Source: Chiloscyllium plagiosum (taxonomy: Eukaryota). Taken from it: 64,000 bases of DNA. The translations under genes were made by a program, and so were the position numbers. Location: assembly GCF_004010195.1 (NCBI RefSeq), contig NC_057719.1, forward strand, positions 70,668,692 to 70,732,691, in the 5' to 3' direction. Positions 49,237 to 62,972 of this stretch are shown here, piece after piece (within the stretch, counting starts at the first letter, position 1; every line of letters starts with the position of its first letter). The notes beneath the pieces are model-generated. The model saw only the letters and a list, made by a program, of their open reading frames with translations, was not told the DNA's origin and did not search any database.

Positions 49237-51156
49237 AGACTGTTGTGATGCCTGTCACACTTGGTAGATTTTTGTAGTCCAGAGGTGCAGGTAAATAATG
49301 TAAAAGAGTCATGTGATACAAAGGTGGGGTCTGATAGCCATCCACCTAACCTGCAAACCTTTAGACTGTGGGTTATTGGTGTGATGTAAAAATTACAAAA
49401 AGGTGGACATTAAAATTGTGCCGAATAAAAACAAATAAAATGTAGGATATAAGCAGCATTTCTGGAGTGAGAAATAGAGCTAAAAGGCTTAACCTTAAGT
49501 TCCTTTTGTCTAAGTCCAAGTTATGAGTTTTTTTTAAAGTTTTTTTTGCCACAAGGACAATGAGTTTTCTCATCCTAACTTTCCAAATTCTTTGCACTAA
49601 TTACCCATCCCACTCCTCGGATGAGTGTCTCATTGTATTTCTGCCCTGTTTTGCCACTGAGTGGGTTTCTGCACAAAGATCAGCATTGTTTGTTCAGATC
49701 ACATCTTTAAAAGCCTATTGTGCACCCAGGTGAGGTCTGGCATTTTAAAACTGCCCTGCTCCTTGACTGACAGATTAGAGAAGGGAAAGGTGTTTCTCTG
49801 ACAGGGAGACAGAGGTCCTGGTGGGTAATTGGGCTGGAGGACCAGCAGAGGAGGATATGACATCAGGACATGTTCTGAGGTCACCACCTAGATCAGTACT
49901 GTTTCCAGGGTGTAGATGAATGGTGTGTTAATATGAGCAGTGAGGATCTTGTTGGCTACATGTAGCAATTATGCAAAGCAGCAGTCAAACCAGTGCCATG
50001 CTTATTGTGACACAATGAATGGCTGTGGATTAATCGCCTTCTGTAATTCCCACACCCACACTCTGGGTTTAACTAGTACAAGTATGATTGAATATAACGA
50101 TCACATTAGTTAAGCTCAAAGGCAGATTTTACTGTAATACCTGAGCTTAAGATTGATTCAAATCAATAAATGGGTGACATTTGTCAAAGTATGGATATTT
50201 GCACAAATTCCCAGTGCTGACAAGATGTCTATATTCGAATATAACTCAATATTTGGCTATTCCTTTCATGCTGAGTTTCTTGCAGTTTTGCCTTTCTCTC
50301 AAAAACATTAATTTGCAATTGATTTTCCGGTTGCAGTTAGTTCCTTGAATCCTACAGATAAGTTTGGCAAACAATTAATTACTTGGTATAACTCCCCAGT
50401 TTGGGAGATTTTTGCTTTTATTGTTAATTTCCAATGCCTATAAATAATCAAACTGTAGGCCGGTCTCTTTGATCAGTGCTGTTAATAATATTTGCTGAAC
50501 GTGTTTGTCTAAAGTATTAGGTCTGTGACAAGAGGAATGCTCTGATAACCAAGACTCAGCACTTCAGCAGTCATATTATTAATGTATGTGTTGATGCAGC
50601 TGCTAAAATGGCCAATTGTTTCTCACTAATACTATTACTAAACATAAAAGTAACATTTAACTTTGACAACTAACTCAAAATAATCAATTTATTATGATCA
50701 TAAATTATTCTTAAAGCAACTCTGGTTAACATCTAAGCTATGATCTTGAACAAAAACAATATCCTCTTAATCTAACAACAAACAAATCTCTACAAAGATG
50801 ATTGTTTAAAATAACAAGGTAAAAAAAAACAACCTCATGGGCCAAAGATTTGGAAATAAAGGATATGTCATGCCTTCTCACATCATCTGAATTTCCTGTT
50901 GATGAAGCTGAATTGATGATAGCTGTAAACTGATAGATATCGAGTTCTGATTCCAATCAACTTGGATTTGAGTTGTTGAGAATTGGTCACAATTCACTAT
51001 TTCAGATTCTAACCAGGTATACAGAAACACTGGTAGTCAGAAACTCTGCCAGATTTCAAAGAACTTTAAAGAAAGCTCACTTTTGGAAAGAGATGGCAGG
51101 CTCTAAGACGTCATCTTTAGACTCTAACTCTTGTATCCATGGAACAGAACTCTAAG

Positions 51157-51482
51157 TCATAGAATCATAAAATCCCTACAGTGTGGAATCAGGCCATTTT
51201 GCCCATCAAGTTGACACTGTTCCTCTGAACAGCTTCCCACCCAGACCCACACTATCCCTCTAACATTGCATTTCTTACTACTAATCTACCTAGCCTGCAC
51301 ATCCCTGGACACCATAGGCTATTTAGCATGGCCAATCCACCCAACCTGCATTTCTTTGGACTGTGGGAGGAAACTGAAGCACCTAGCGGAAGAATGTGTA
51401 AACTCTGTGCAGTCGCCTGAGGTTGGAACCAAACCCAGATCCCTCGATCTGTGAGACTGCATCATTAACCACTGTGCCACCC
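51157..51482 (-). mobile_element. HE1-type SINE
   Basis: Tail, body and head motifs. Confidence 0.88.
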
Positions 51483-52180
51483 TTGAAGTCCAAAGAGAGT
51501 TGCTACAAATAATTAGCATTCAGGCCCCTAGTCCTCTCAAAGGTAGCAAGAGACCCTACCTTCCATCTTGCCAACTTTGCTTAGCAGTTTTCCCAAAGCA
51601 GATTGATATCCAGAAAAAGACCACAGGTAGCTTACAGTATATATCAAGTTGTTGGCTTCATTATGACACTGCCACCCTCAATATAGAAAACAGTCAAACA
51701 ATCCAAATTTTTCCAATTTTCCAGACAGTATTTAAATGTAAATATGTATTCCCAGCAAAGGTTTTAGATAGTTTTTCTTTTTACCATTTAGTGAAAGTAA
51801 TTAACTTGAATATGTTTCATTTGAGGTGGCCACACTTAAAACCAGAAAAAGTGTTTGGCATGTCAAAATCAAAATATTGCAGATGCCAAAAATCTGAAAT
51901 ATAAACAAAACCTGTTAGTAACATGCAACAGATCAGACAACATCTGTCAGGTGAGAAACAGAATAAATGGAGTGAATGTTTTTGCTCCCTCAGTGTGTGA
52001 GGAGGGAGTGTGGATCTATATGATTGGCTGGTAGGCTTGAAGATAGGGAGAGCTTGTTATCGTTCCCATTCCCACCAATTAAATCTGAAGCATGAATGAC
52101 CTTCCCACCTGGAGGTCAATTACAGCTACTAAGTGCCCAGTTAAGGACCTTATTACAAAAACAGTTTCTATCTGATATTG

Positions 52181-52290
52181 TAGGTTCTTGTGGTATAGTG
52201 ATAGTGTCCCTACCTCTGAGCCAGGTAGACCTGGGTTCAAGTCCTACTTGTTCCAGATGTGTGTACTAACATTCCTGAACAGATTGAATA
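52181..52290 (+). mobile_element. Short tRNA-derived SINE
   Basis: tggtatagtg A box, ggttcaagtcc B box. Confidence 0.65.
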
Positions 52291-52569
52291 CTATTTGATA
52301 TTGTTTGGAGGACTTGGCTTTGAGGATTATGGAAAACCATGTTTAAGTTTAAATTTGGACATACCTGGAGTGTTTACTTTATAATAGATCATTGAAAGTT
52401 CTTTGTGGACATTGTAACCCACTTCCTAGAAATGCTATAATTGGTGATAACTGCTTGCTCTGGTATGGACACTGTTGGAGTTTTTTGAATTGTGACTGTT
52501 TTGGAGAACTTCATATCTTATTTGGTTACGTTGAGGGAAAGTTTGCTAAAAACCAACTGAATTTGAGGG

Positions 52570-52752
52570 AAATAAAACCAGAAGTTGCTCGAGAAGCTCA
52601 GTAGGTCTGGTAGCATCTGTGAAGAGAAATCAAAGTTAACATTTCGGGTCCAGTGACCCTCCCTCAGAACGGTCACTGGACCTGAAATGTTAGCTCTGAT
52701 TTCTATTCACAGACGATGCCAGACCTACTGAGCTTCTCCAGCAACTTCTGAC
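52570..52752. mobile_element. Fold-back PLE family D insertion
   Basis: Inverted arms meeting at 'cctcagaac|ggtcactggac'; homologous to 42505-42748. Confidence 0.82.
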
Positions 52753-52949
52753 TTTGACTTCTATTTCTGGGGGCATGTTTTTTTTATATTCATTCACAGG
52801 ATGTATCACAGGCTGGACAAGCATTTATCGCCCAGAGGTTAGTTAAGAGTCAATCACATTGCTATGTATCTGGAGTCAAATGTAGGCTAGACCTAGTCAG
52901 GATGACAAATTTCTTTCCCTGGAGGACATTAGTCAACAAGAGGGGTTCT

Positions 52950-53480
52950 TATTATTATAGACCAGCCCAAAACCCCTCAAAATGCACTAAAAAGGTAGTC
53001 TAGACCCTAACTTTTTCATATTTTAAAAGGTAAGCGCAAGGTACTGCATTCCAGATGCAATTCAATTGGTAAAATTACTCGATTTTAAGCAAAACGTATG
53101 TTATTTTTACACCACAGTTAAAATATAGACAAAATAAAGAACTGGCTTAACTGTAACTCTATCAAAATGCTTAATGTTTAATGCACAAGTACTGCTAATT
53201 ATAGTAGCATCCTATAAACACACCCTTAGCAAAGGCAAATTCAATAAAACAGATTGTCTCACATATAATTCTAGCAGCAGGATGAGAACCCCAGCTTTTA
53301 GCTGTAACAGAGAGACGAATAAGAGCTTCTGCTTACAGCTTCAAGATTCTCGCAACTACAAAAAGCTAAAACTAAAACTCTTGGTTCTGTGGGAGCTTGA
53401 CCTCACACATTCAGGATGCTTCTATTGTTCCAACTTTTAAAAAACCCCAAGGCCTCACAAGCTGTTTACTTAATAAATGT
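52950..53480 (-). mobile_element. Probable LTR fragment
   Basis: Architecture resembles 24734-25369; no ORF. Confidence 0.35.
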
Positions 53481-53499
53481 ACAGTATTCTAGCATAATT

Positions 53500-54445
53500 A
53501 ACCGTGCAAGAAGATAGAGGTTATACAGAACCTATCTAGGACACTAATTAAACCTAACCTAGAATACTGCATACAGGGCAGAATGCCACAATTCAGAATG
53601 ATGTGAATGGGTTGGACAGTGTAGAAGAGGTTTATGAGAATCGTTTCTAAGATGGGAAAATCCAGTTCTGAGGATAGATTGGACAAGTTAGGAATGCTTT
53701 CATAGGAATATTAGAACAAGAGTAGGCCATTCAGCCTTTTTTCAACCATTCAATTAGATCATGGTTGTTATGTCACCAAACTCCATATATTTGTCTTTGG
53801 CCCATATTTCTTAATACCCTTGCTTAATAATAAAAAAATTAACATTAACACATTTGAAATTAACAACTGATCCTGCATCTACTGCTGTTTGTGGAAGAGA
53901 GTTCCAAACATTCACCGCTCATGGCATGTAGAAGTGCCTCCTCACATCTCTGCTGAATGATCTGGCCCTAATTCTCAGACTATGCCCCCTAGTTTTAGAA
54001 TTGCCAACCAGGTTGAATAGTTTAATTCTATCTACCTTGTCTGTTCCTGTTAATTCCCTGATTTCAATCAAATCATCCCCATATCTTTCAAATTCTTTCC
54101 TTGGAAAGAAGACTGAGGGCAGATTTTATATAAGTTTTCCAAACCACGAATGGTCTGGACAGATTAGCTCAGGAGAATCAGATAGCACAGTTTAATTGCT
54201 TTACAAAAGAAGCAAATACAAATTGAGATCGTTTTATACAGTGAATGGTTCAGGTTTGGAATCCACTACCCAGATATGTGTGAAAGCAGGTTCAATGTTC
54301 TTGCATTCAGGATGCATGGCAGACTTTTTAAATAGGAACAATGCGCAGGGTTATGGGAACAGGGTAGGAGATTGGCACTCAGTCAAAATGCTCAGAGAGC
54401 CAGTGCAGACAGAATGGGCTTAATAGCCTCCTTCTGTAGCATAAC
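53500..54445 (+). mobile_element. Old CR1 3' fragment with an opposite-strand CR1 fragment nested at about 53700-54095
   Basis: 'ctatctaggacactaattaaacctaacctagaatactgc' RT C-terminus; 'cataggaat..gagtaggccattcagcc' tail. Confidence 0.6.
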
Positions 54446-56559
54446 AGTCTGTGATTCTGAGACAGCTGAATGGAAATATGTCAGTTTGACAAGCCAGACA
54501 TTCAGAAAAGCTCCAAAAGTGGAAAAACACTTGCCTGCTGAATACCAATAGCCTTAAAGCACTACACTACAGATTCTTGGATGGTGGAGTTGATTTTTCT
54601 GTGTAGTATGGAAGATAGCAAATGAACAGCTCATTATAAACAGCACTGCACCCCCCTTATCTCTTCGACTGATATCCACTTGCAAATTCTGGGCTTGGGG
54701 AATTGAAAAACATGGTGCATGAAGTGCGATTTATCACCTGCTGAAGGTAGATAGAAACTGACTGCAGAGCTAGTACCCAATATTGGGGCTGCTGGTTGTG
54801 CCAGTGAGAATCACCAAATGCACAGCTTGTTTCTGGCCTGGGCAGTTTCTGTACTGCAAATGATTTTTTCCAAGATTGACTGTCATAAGAAACCTGCCTT
54901 TTCAATTTTTATTGGCTGAAAGTCCCCAGGGATCACTCGTTCTAAATTCTGTTCAGTCTCACAAGGACCTCAAACTATTAAAAGATATTCTATGTGGAAG
55001 TTCTCAATAGTCTTGAGGGCTCCACATAATACAGTCAAGCATGGATGTCCCTTTGGCTGCTGCTGGTTCATAGACCTATAATGCATCGATATGATGAAGC
55101 CACAAAGATTCATAATAGCAGTATCAGATGTGGGTTACCAATCTTGTGAGATGGAACACTAAAATGCAACATGTTTGATACTCAAGCATTCATCTCTTCT
55201 TTATAGGAGCTCTTATATTGATGGCAACCCGTCTCTAGACTGTTTCACACTGCACTCCTGAAGGTTTGAAAAAAACTTGCATTGCTGTTGTGCCTTTCCA
55301 AACCTTAGGATATCCCGAAGTGTTTTATAGCCAATCAAATATTGTTGAAGTGTAGTCACTGTTTATTATAAGAATTCCCACAAAGCAAGGTGCTACTAAC
55401 TGCAATGTGACAACAGCCAGATAATCTGTTTCAGGGATATTAGACAAAGAATACGACTGGACAGGAAACTGCAGTGAACTCTTCATTTCTCATATAATGA
55501 TGGTGAGATAGCTGGAGACTCAGAGTAGGATTAATATCAGAGGAGGAATGCAAAGGAAGCAAGGAAATGCCTTCTGTAAGTGTTGGAGGAGCAGAAGGAG
55601 AATTATTTTTTGCTCTAAGTTACAAGCTGTCTCAGTGGAAAAGACTTCCTCTGTTCAGTGTCTATAATGATTCGTAAATCTATTGTTTATAAAGGGATTT
55701 ATGCCTTTGTTGCATAAATCATACTGAGCAAATTTTCCCATAGGTTGCTCACAATGTGTAAGTTTAACTTGAAAAGTTGTGAATCCAATACGCCAGAAAG
55801 AAAAACCATTGAGCTACTGTTGAGGCTAGAAGATTTGTGTTTCCAAGAAAAATGTCACAAACCAATTTCTATCTCAGTCACGTGCTCAATGCAGAAAATT
55901 GCATTGACTATTTCAGTATTATTATTCGTACCATGAAAGTTAAAACGATTGAAGAGAAAGAACAGGGATTTTATCCTCAGAAGCAGTAAACTGCAACTGG
56001 GAGTCCCAAATGAAACATAATAAAAATAATGTTTCAACCATGATATGAAACCTAAAGTTATACAATGTTCTGTCAATTTCTTCTTCTGTAGTTCTAAATG
56101 AATAGCATACTTATTTTTGAGTACTTTAAAAAATCGCTATGCTTCCTTGCATTTTTTTCCTTTCTACATTTCTTAGAAGCTAACCTGAATACTGATATCT
56201 CTTTTGCAATTCATAACTTTTGTATTGTTCAGTCTTTTCACATTAAATCAATTGGGTATTCAGAGTTATCCTGTGATGATTAATGCATAACCTTGAAAAA
56301 TTGAATAGCACTTCTTTTTAGAGTAACCACAGTTCCAACAAACCTTTCACTTCAGTTTAAGATTGGTTTCTACGAAAAGAAATATTTAAATCTCTAAATA
56401 TTTCGGATCAGTTAATATATATGATCCTTCATAATTACATCTATGGATAAAGTGTGATTACTGCTGACAATTCTTTCCCATCTTTGATTTATATTGTCAC
56501 TAGTTCAATGAATCATCGTGATTCACATTGCCTTTTCAGTACTTACCTATTGTAAAGAT

Positions 56560-57610
56560 AGAGAATCCCCAACATTTTTTAAAAGACAAAATGTCTCTGT
56601 ATCTGAATCCTAAATTGCATACCCTTTATTCTGAGTTTGTTTCTTATTTATAGATTCCCCAGTTAGGGGAATATAGACTTGGTCTACTCAATCATGCTTG
56701 AAAGAATGATTCCTTCAACCAAGGATCCAGTCTAGTGAGCCCTTTTAAGGGCACTCCCTTAAAAGCATATACATCTTCCTTAGGTATTGAAACCAAAACT
56801 GCACAAAGTACTCCAACTGTGACCTCACCAATGTCCACCACAATTATAGTAAATTTTCTACTTTTATACTCCAATACCCTTGTGTCAAAACTAACATACC
56901 AATTGCTTCCTAAATTGTTAGCTTTTGCTGCACCTGAACCTTCTGAGCTTCAAATACATCTAGTTATTTCTGAATGGAAATATCCCCTAGCTTCTCATCA
57001 TTCAAAAATATTTACTTTCTTCATCTGCCTACAAGAGTGGAAAACTTCACATCTTGTTGCATAGAGTATTCTATCTACCATGTTGATGCCCACTCACCCA
57101 ACTTGGTTATATCCTCTGCAGTGACTTTACATTCTCCTCATTGCTTATGTTTCAATGAATTTTGTGCTGTCAGCCAAATTAGATATGTTGTACTTAATTT
57201 AATCAATTGGATCATTAGTGACTGAGGACCAAATACCTCTGTAGTTCCAAGGTGGTTAAAGTCTTGCTTACTCCTACTCTCTATTCTATTCATTAATTAA
57301 TTCTCAGTTCATGCTTAATATATTACCTTCAATCCAAGAAATCCAAATTTTGTGTAAAGACCTCTTGTGTGGGGCCTTGTTGAATTTGTTTTGGAAATTC
57401 CAACAACATCTATCCAATAATTCCCCCTTCATCAACTTACAGTTACTTGAGTTTGTAACTGGTAACAGATATATCAAATATGATTTACTTTTCATCAACC
57501 CACGTTGAGTCTGCTTAATCATCCTATAATTTTCTAAGTGCTTTGTTGACACAACCCAATTAATTGATTCTAGTATCTTACCTACTATTGATATTGAGGT
57601 AACTACCCAA
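56560..57610 (-). mobile_element. Old CR1 ORF2 fragment
   Basis: 'FQNKFNKAPHKR', 'EYKSRK'. Confidence 0.65.
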
Positions 57611-57949
57611 TTGTTTCTTCATTTTTGACCTTTGTCCTCTCAAGATGGAAAAGAAACTGAAATGACAAAAACAATCATCAAGATTGTATCATTAAATACA
57701 AGAGGGAGGCATTCAAATCATTTCCCTTTTGAGCTACAACCTTTCTAAAGGCAAAGTCTCAGGTTAAGGGCTAATGGTTGGGATCACTAAGATTCTGACT
57801 ATGTCTTCAAAACAAATTTAAGATGCACAAGAGAATACAGATGGAAATTAAAAGGAGGCAAACTCAAAAATTGTGATCAGCCCATAGAACTCTTTTTTGG
57901 GCTAACATGGTGGCTGAGGAGCGAAAGGTACATTAAGCAGACAATGTTC

Positions 57950-58340
57950 ACAGGAGTTCAGAAGGTTGAGGAGGGAATCCCACAGGCACCTGTGAAATTC
58001 CAACAGGACTCAAAAGGGTAAATGTAGGACAGATGTTCCTAAGGCCAGTGAGTCTGGAACCAAGGATCATAGTTCTAAGAATGCAGAATCAGCCATTTAG
58101 GACTGAGTTGAGAAGTTTCTTCACCCACGGAGTAGTGAGCTGGTGGAATTGTTTGCCACCAAAAGTGATTGGGACCAAAACATGGAATGTTTGCAAGAAG
58201 TGATGTATAAAGTTCTTCAGGCTAAAGGGATCTGAGGCTATGGTGTGAATGCAAGAACAGGGTACTACTGAGTTGAATGATCAGCCATGATCATATTGAA
58301 TGACAGAGGCTCAAAGGGCCAAATGGCCTACATCTCCTTC
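57950..58340 (+). mobile_element. Old CR1 3' fragment
   Basis: 'ttcttcacccacggagtagtgagc..ggaatt', 'gatcagccatgatcatattgaatg'. Confidence 0.7.
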
Positions 58341-59247
58341 ATCATTTTTGCCTTGCAAGGTGTGCAAGCTTAATGAACCTAACGGCTAAAACAGTTATAA
58401 ACCCATGATATGTCATCAGTGCTTGGGGATCACATCGTAAACCAATGCGTACAATGGAACAAATATCAATTCTCAGCATTCATTATGCAGCAATGCCAGC
58501 AACCTATGTGGAGCAGATAGTGAAGACTCTGAATAATGCCACATTATTCCCAGATATCTCCAGAGGAATCCTAGAGTAACATTATCAATAAATTCAGTGC
58601 ATCAAAGTTAGGTGCAGAAACCACATACCTCAGTGTGGGGGACACTGAGGCTACTGCAATGAGTAGGGGATGTGCTAGGGCCTGTATCTCCTTCAATACT
58701 AACTGGTGAGAGTGCCAAAATAGTGATAATTGCTCAAATTTCTGTCAAAGGCCATTTTGATGTATGAATTTTCAAGGAAGTGTGATGCCATTGAAGGCTG
58801 GGAGATATTCAATGGACAGTTCACACATCCACTATCCCTTATTGTGTACCTCCTCTCTTTAGATCATTGCGCTAACTGCTGCCTCTGGCAGGTTAAATAT
58901 TATCATATTAGATGGTCAAACATTTCAAGTAAAATGTTAGCTTCTGTTCACTCTGAAGCACTAAGGGGACAAAGAAAATAGAAGGGTCAAAAGAAGCTTT
59001 CTCAGGTTCCATGTCAGCTTGGTGGCTCTTACAAGAGTGTGGACTAGACATGACTCATATGTTATAGCCTCACTGATGCTTTTACAGCTACATAACATAA
59101 GCATAAGGTGATATAAGTGCATTGTCTCTCTGGCACTTTTATCTGATAGTGATGTAGAGCAGGTTACACATAATTATTTTAACATTTGTCCAATAACAGA
59201 TATGATTCAAACATTAAGATGGATAATTTAACACTTAATCTGCAAGT

Positions 59248-59680
59248 CAAAGTTAAAAATCACACAACACCAGGTTATAGTCCAACCAGTTTATTTGGAG
59301 GCACTAGCTTTCAGAGCGCAGCTTTACCATCAGGTGGTTGTGGAGCAGAATCATAAGACACAGACTTTATAGCAACAGGATTGCAGTATCATGGAATGTA
59401 ATATTAAACAAATTGAGCTTACATCTTTCATCTTTTCGAATGACTGTGTTAGTTTTGGTTCCTTCATATGTAAATCCCAAAACTTTTAAAAAGTTACATT
59501 CTCAAGATGTCTTTTAACAACAGGTGTCACCTCAGCATTGAAGGTGTGAAGTTAAAGTCTGTCTGTCCCAATGTTAGGTCAGACTGATTCTATTTCTAAA
59601 GTGGGAGTTACAGAATCTTACATGGATTTATGAAATTTGTGGGTGAATTTGTACTTGCAGAATTACATTTTTTTGCTCAA
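59248..59680 (-). mobile_element. PLE family B terminal region
   Basis: Minus strand cac-ctgatgg-taaagctgcgctct-gaaa-gcta-gtg (degenerate hammerhead, AGCU palindrome, cac/gtg stem I). Confidence 0.7.
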
Positions 59681-59699
59681 AAACTGCCTAAGTGTGAAA

Positions 59700-59892
59700 T
59701 GTCTTTTAACCGTTTTAGCTGTATCCACATTCACCACTTCTTCAGGAAGTTCATTTCACACACGAAACACTCTCTCTGGAAAAAAAATGCCCCCATGCTT
59801 TTTTTTAAATCTTCTCTTCTCCCTTTAAAAATGTGCCCCCTAATCGTGAAATCGTGAAAAGACAATGACCATTGACTCTATCTATACCCCTC
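59700..59892 (-). mobile_element. CR1 3' fragment
   Basis: Similar to 36170-36375. Confidence 0.65.
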
Positions 59893-60349
59893 AGTCAATG
59901 TCACTGTTCCCTCAGCTACCCGGTACAATGAGATCCATCCACAGAATTGAGTTGCTATTTTACCCAGGATGTCATGGACTGACCCCATTAACATCCTGAC
60001 TATTGAAAGCCAACCCTCATGACCGACTATGGCCTAACACACCCAGGCTGACCTGAATGTACAGACCTGACTTCTGACTGACCAGGGCCCACCCCTTGCA
60101 CTAGACTCTCTCAGCATCCCAACAGATCTGCATTTCCTGTCTGCTTGCACTTGACCTTAAGGACTGATTGTGTGACCCAATCACTGTACTGTAATGGCAT
60201 GGAAGCTGGTACTCGTGCAAGTCAAAACGTGGCTATCCCACCAAGCAGATGCATTTTTTTACTTCACACATTACATGTGAATTGTAGAATTTGAAAAAAA
60301 TTGGCAGAGTGTTTTCTCTATGAGCTGCTGGTACAACTAAAGCATTTCA

Positions 60350-61625
60350 TGTTCAAATGCAAAAGGATCTGGACAATATCCCAGATTGGGCTAACAAGTG
60401 GTAAGTAACATTTGCGCCACACATGCCAGGAAATGACCATCTCCAATGTGAGATAAACTAATCACTGCCCCTTGATTTTCAAACATGTTAACATCACTAA
60501 ATCCCCACGATCAACAACCCAAGGGTTACCATGACCAAAAACCCAACTGGACTCACCACATAAACACAGCAACTCCAAGACCAAGTCAGAGGATCAGAAT
60601 ACTGCAGCCAGTAACTCACCTTCTGATTCCCATCAGCCTGTTAAACATCTACAAAGCACAGCTCAGAAGTGTGATGGAATACTGTCCATTTTCCTGGATG
60701 GGTGTAGCTCCAACAACAGTCAAGAACCTTGACACCTTCCAATTCAAAGCAGGCCACTTAATTGGCACTACTTTATGGGTGGCACGGTGGTTCAGTGGTT
60801 GGCACGGTGGCTCAATGGTTAGCACTGCTGCCTCACAATGCCAGGGACCCAGGTTGCATTCCTGCCCCAGGTGATTATCGATGTGGAGTTTGCACATTCT
60901 CCCCCGGTCTGCATGGGTTTCCTCTGGTTTCCTCCAACTATCCAAAGATGTACAGGTCAGGTGAATTGACCATGCTAAATTGCCCATAGGTGCATTAGTC
61001 AGAGGTAAATGTAGGGTAGGGGAATGCGCCTGGAGGGTCAGTGTGGACTTGTTGGGCCAAATTGCCTGTTTCCATACTGTAGGGAATCTAATCTAAATTA
61101 ACAAGTATCCACTTCCTCTACCCACTGACGGTCAGTAGCAGCATTGTGTACTATCTACAAGATTCACTCCAGAAATTCACCAAAAATCCTGAGACAGCAC
61201 CTTCCAAATCTCTTCCATCTAGGAGGGCAAGGGCAGCAGATATATGGGAACACCACTACCATCTGCAAGTTCCCCTCCAAGCCACTCACCATCCTGACTT
61301 GGAAATATATTCCCATTTCTTCACCTTTTCTAGGTCAATATCCCTCTTTAAGGGCATTTTGGGTGAACCTATAGCATGTGGACTGCAGCGGTTAAAGAAA
61401 GCAGCTCACCACCTTCTTCTCGCAGGTGATGGTATTCCCATGTATCTGCTGCCTGGCCAAAATTTATTGCTTAGTCCTAATGGCCCTTAAGTTCCCCTCC
61501 AAGCCGCTCACCATCTGCAATGGTTCAAGAAAGCAGCTCCCCACCATTATCTTAAGGGCAACTAGGAATAAGCAATAAATGTTGGCCAGCCAGCAATGCC
61601 CACGCACCATGGGTAAGTTAAAGTA
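60350..61625 (+). mobile_element. CR1/L2-clade LINE 3' portion with nested SINE
   Basis: 'LNIYKAQLRSVMEYCPFSWMG'; 3' 'agggcaactaggaataagcaataaatg'. Confidence 0.8.
60778..61096 (+). mobile_element. HE1-type SINE with duplicated 5' head
   Basis: ggcacggtggttcagtggtt-ggcacggtggctcaatggtt; tail aatctaatcta. Confidence 0.9.
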
Positions 61626-62122
61626 AATCACGCTACAGGTCTGACATTGATACTGCACTGTGATGTATAACAGCATGGCCACATCCTCTCTGATTGATAT
61701 ATTTACTCTTCAGACTGACCACAAGCTGCCTGCCTCACTTTCTGCACCACACAGCACACTAAGAGGCTCTGCTTACCTCCAATTCTGTTCTAAAAGCTTT
61801 CTGTGCTAAAAAGCAGCTAAGACATAGAAGATACCTAGCTCCATATCAGTGCTACAAATTCTGTTTCCATACATTAGACAAAGGTGACCAGAGACTGAGG
61901 GTCTCCAACAAGGGCTAGGGTGCAGCATCATTTCATGAGGTGACATTTTAATTTAATGATGCGTTTTCATGACAGTTCTGTAATTTTCCACTGGCCTTAT
62001 GATTGTTTTTATTACAGTGCTCTACCAGGCGTCTAACCTTTTCACTGTTTATTTTGAAAGAGTACATCCAAAAGATGCCCTGATTCTTCCTCTGCACAAG
62101 ATGACCTGCCATAAGTATGCCT

Positions 62123-62232
62123 AAGGAGAAAGTGAACCCTGCAAGTGCTGGAGGTCAGAATCAAGACTGTAGCGTTGGAAAAGCACAGCCGGTCAGGCAG
62201 CATCCGAGCATTCGAGCATAAGCTCTTCATCA
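62123..62232 (-). mobile_element. PLE family A terminal-repeat fragment
   Basis: 'ggagaaagtgaa...ggaaaagcacagccggtcaggcagcatcc'. Confidence 0.7.
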
Positions 62233-62541
62233 CCATGCATAGCTTTCCCATAGCTCCAAAACAGTTTGGTGAAGTCCAGAACTCAAGGAAGAATTGGGCT
62301 GAGGCCAAGCATGAAGATGATGCGAGGGGCTAGTGCTTTGTCAAAGTCGAGTTGTATGGATGAAGGGTCAAGGAAAAGTGTGTCTATTGGAATCCTATGC
62401 AGAAGAAGTGATACTGTATCAAGAGAAGCTAAAAGGTTTGCACAGCTATTCCGTGTGCTACAGTGAGCACTGTTGAGACAAGTTTGCTTTGTTTCTCCAT
62501 CAAGATTTTGCACCATCGAGTTTCTTATTTGTGAAGAGGGA

Positions 62542-62972
62542 GACAATAGACAATAGGCACAGGAGTAGGCCATTCTGCCCTTCGAGCCTGCACCACCATT
62601 CAATATGATCATGGCTGATCATCCTTAATCAGGATCCTGTTCCTGCCTTATCCCCATAACCCTTGATTTCACTATCCTTGAGAGCTCTATCCAACTCTTT
62701 CTTAAATGAATCCAGAGACTGGGCCTCCACTGCCCTCTGGGGCAGAGCATTCCACACACCTACCACTCTCTGGGTGAAGAAGTTTCTCCTCATCTCTGTC
62801 CTAAATGGTCTACCCCATATTTTTAAGCTGTGTCCTCTGGTTCGGCACTCACCCATCAACGGAAACGTGTTTCCTGCCTCCAGAGTGTCCAATCCTTTAA
62901 TAATCTTATATGTCTCAATCAGATCCCCTCTCAGTCTTCTAAACTCAAGGGTATACAAGCCCAGTCGCTCCA
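62542..62972 (-). mobile_element. Young CR1 3' end
   Basis: 'EFRRLRGDLIETYKIIKGLD..FFTQRVVGVWNALP'; (agacaat)n tail. Confidence 0.95.
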
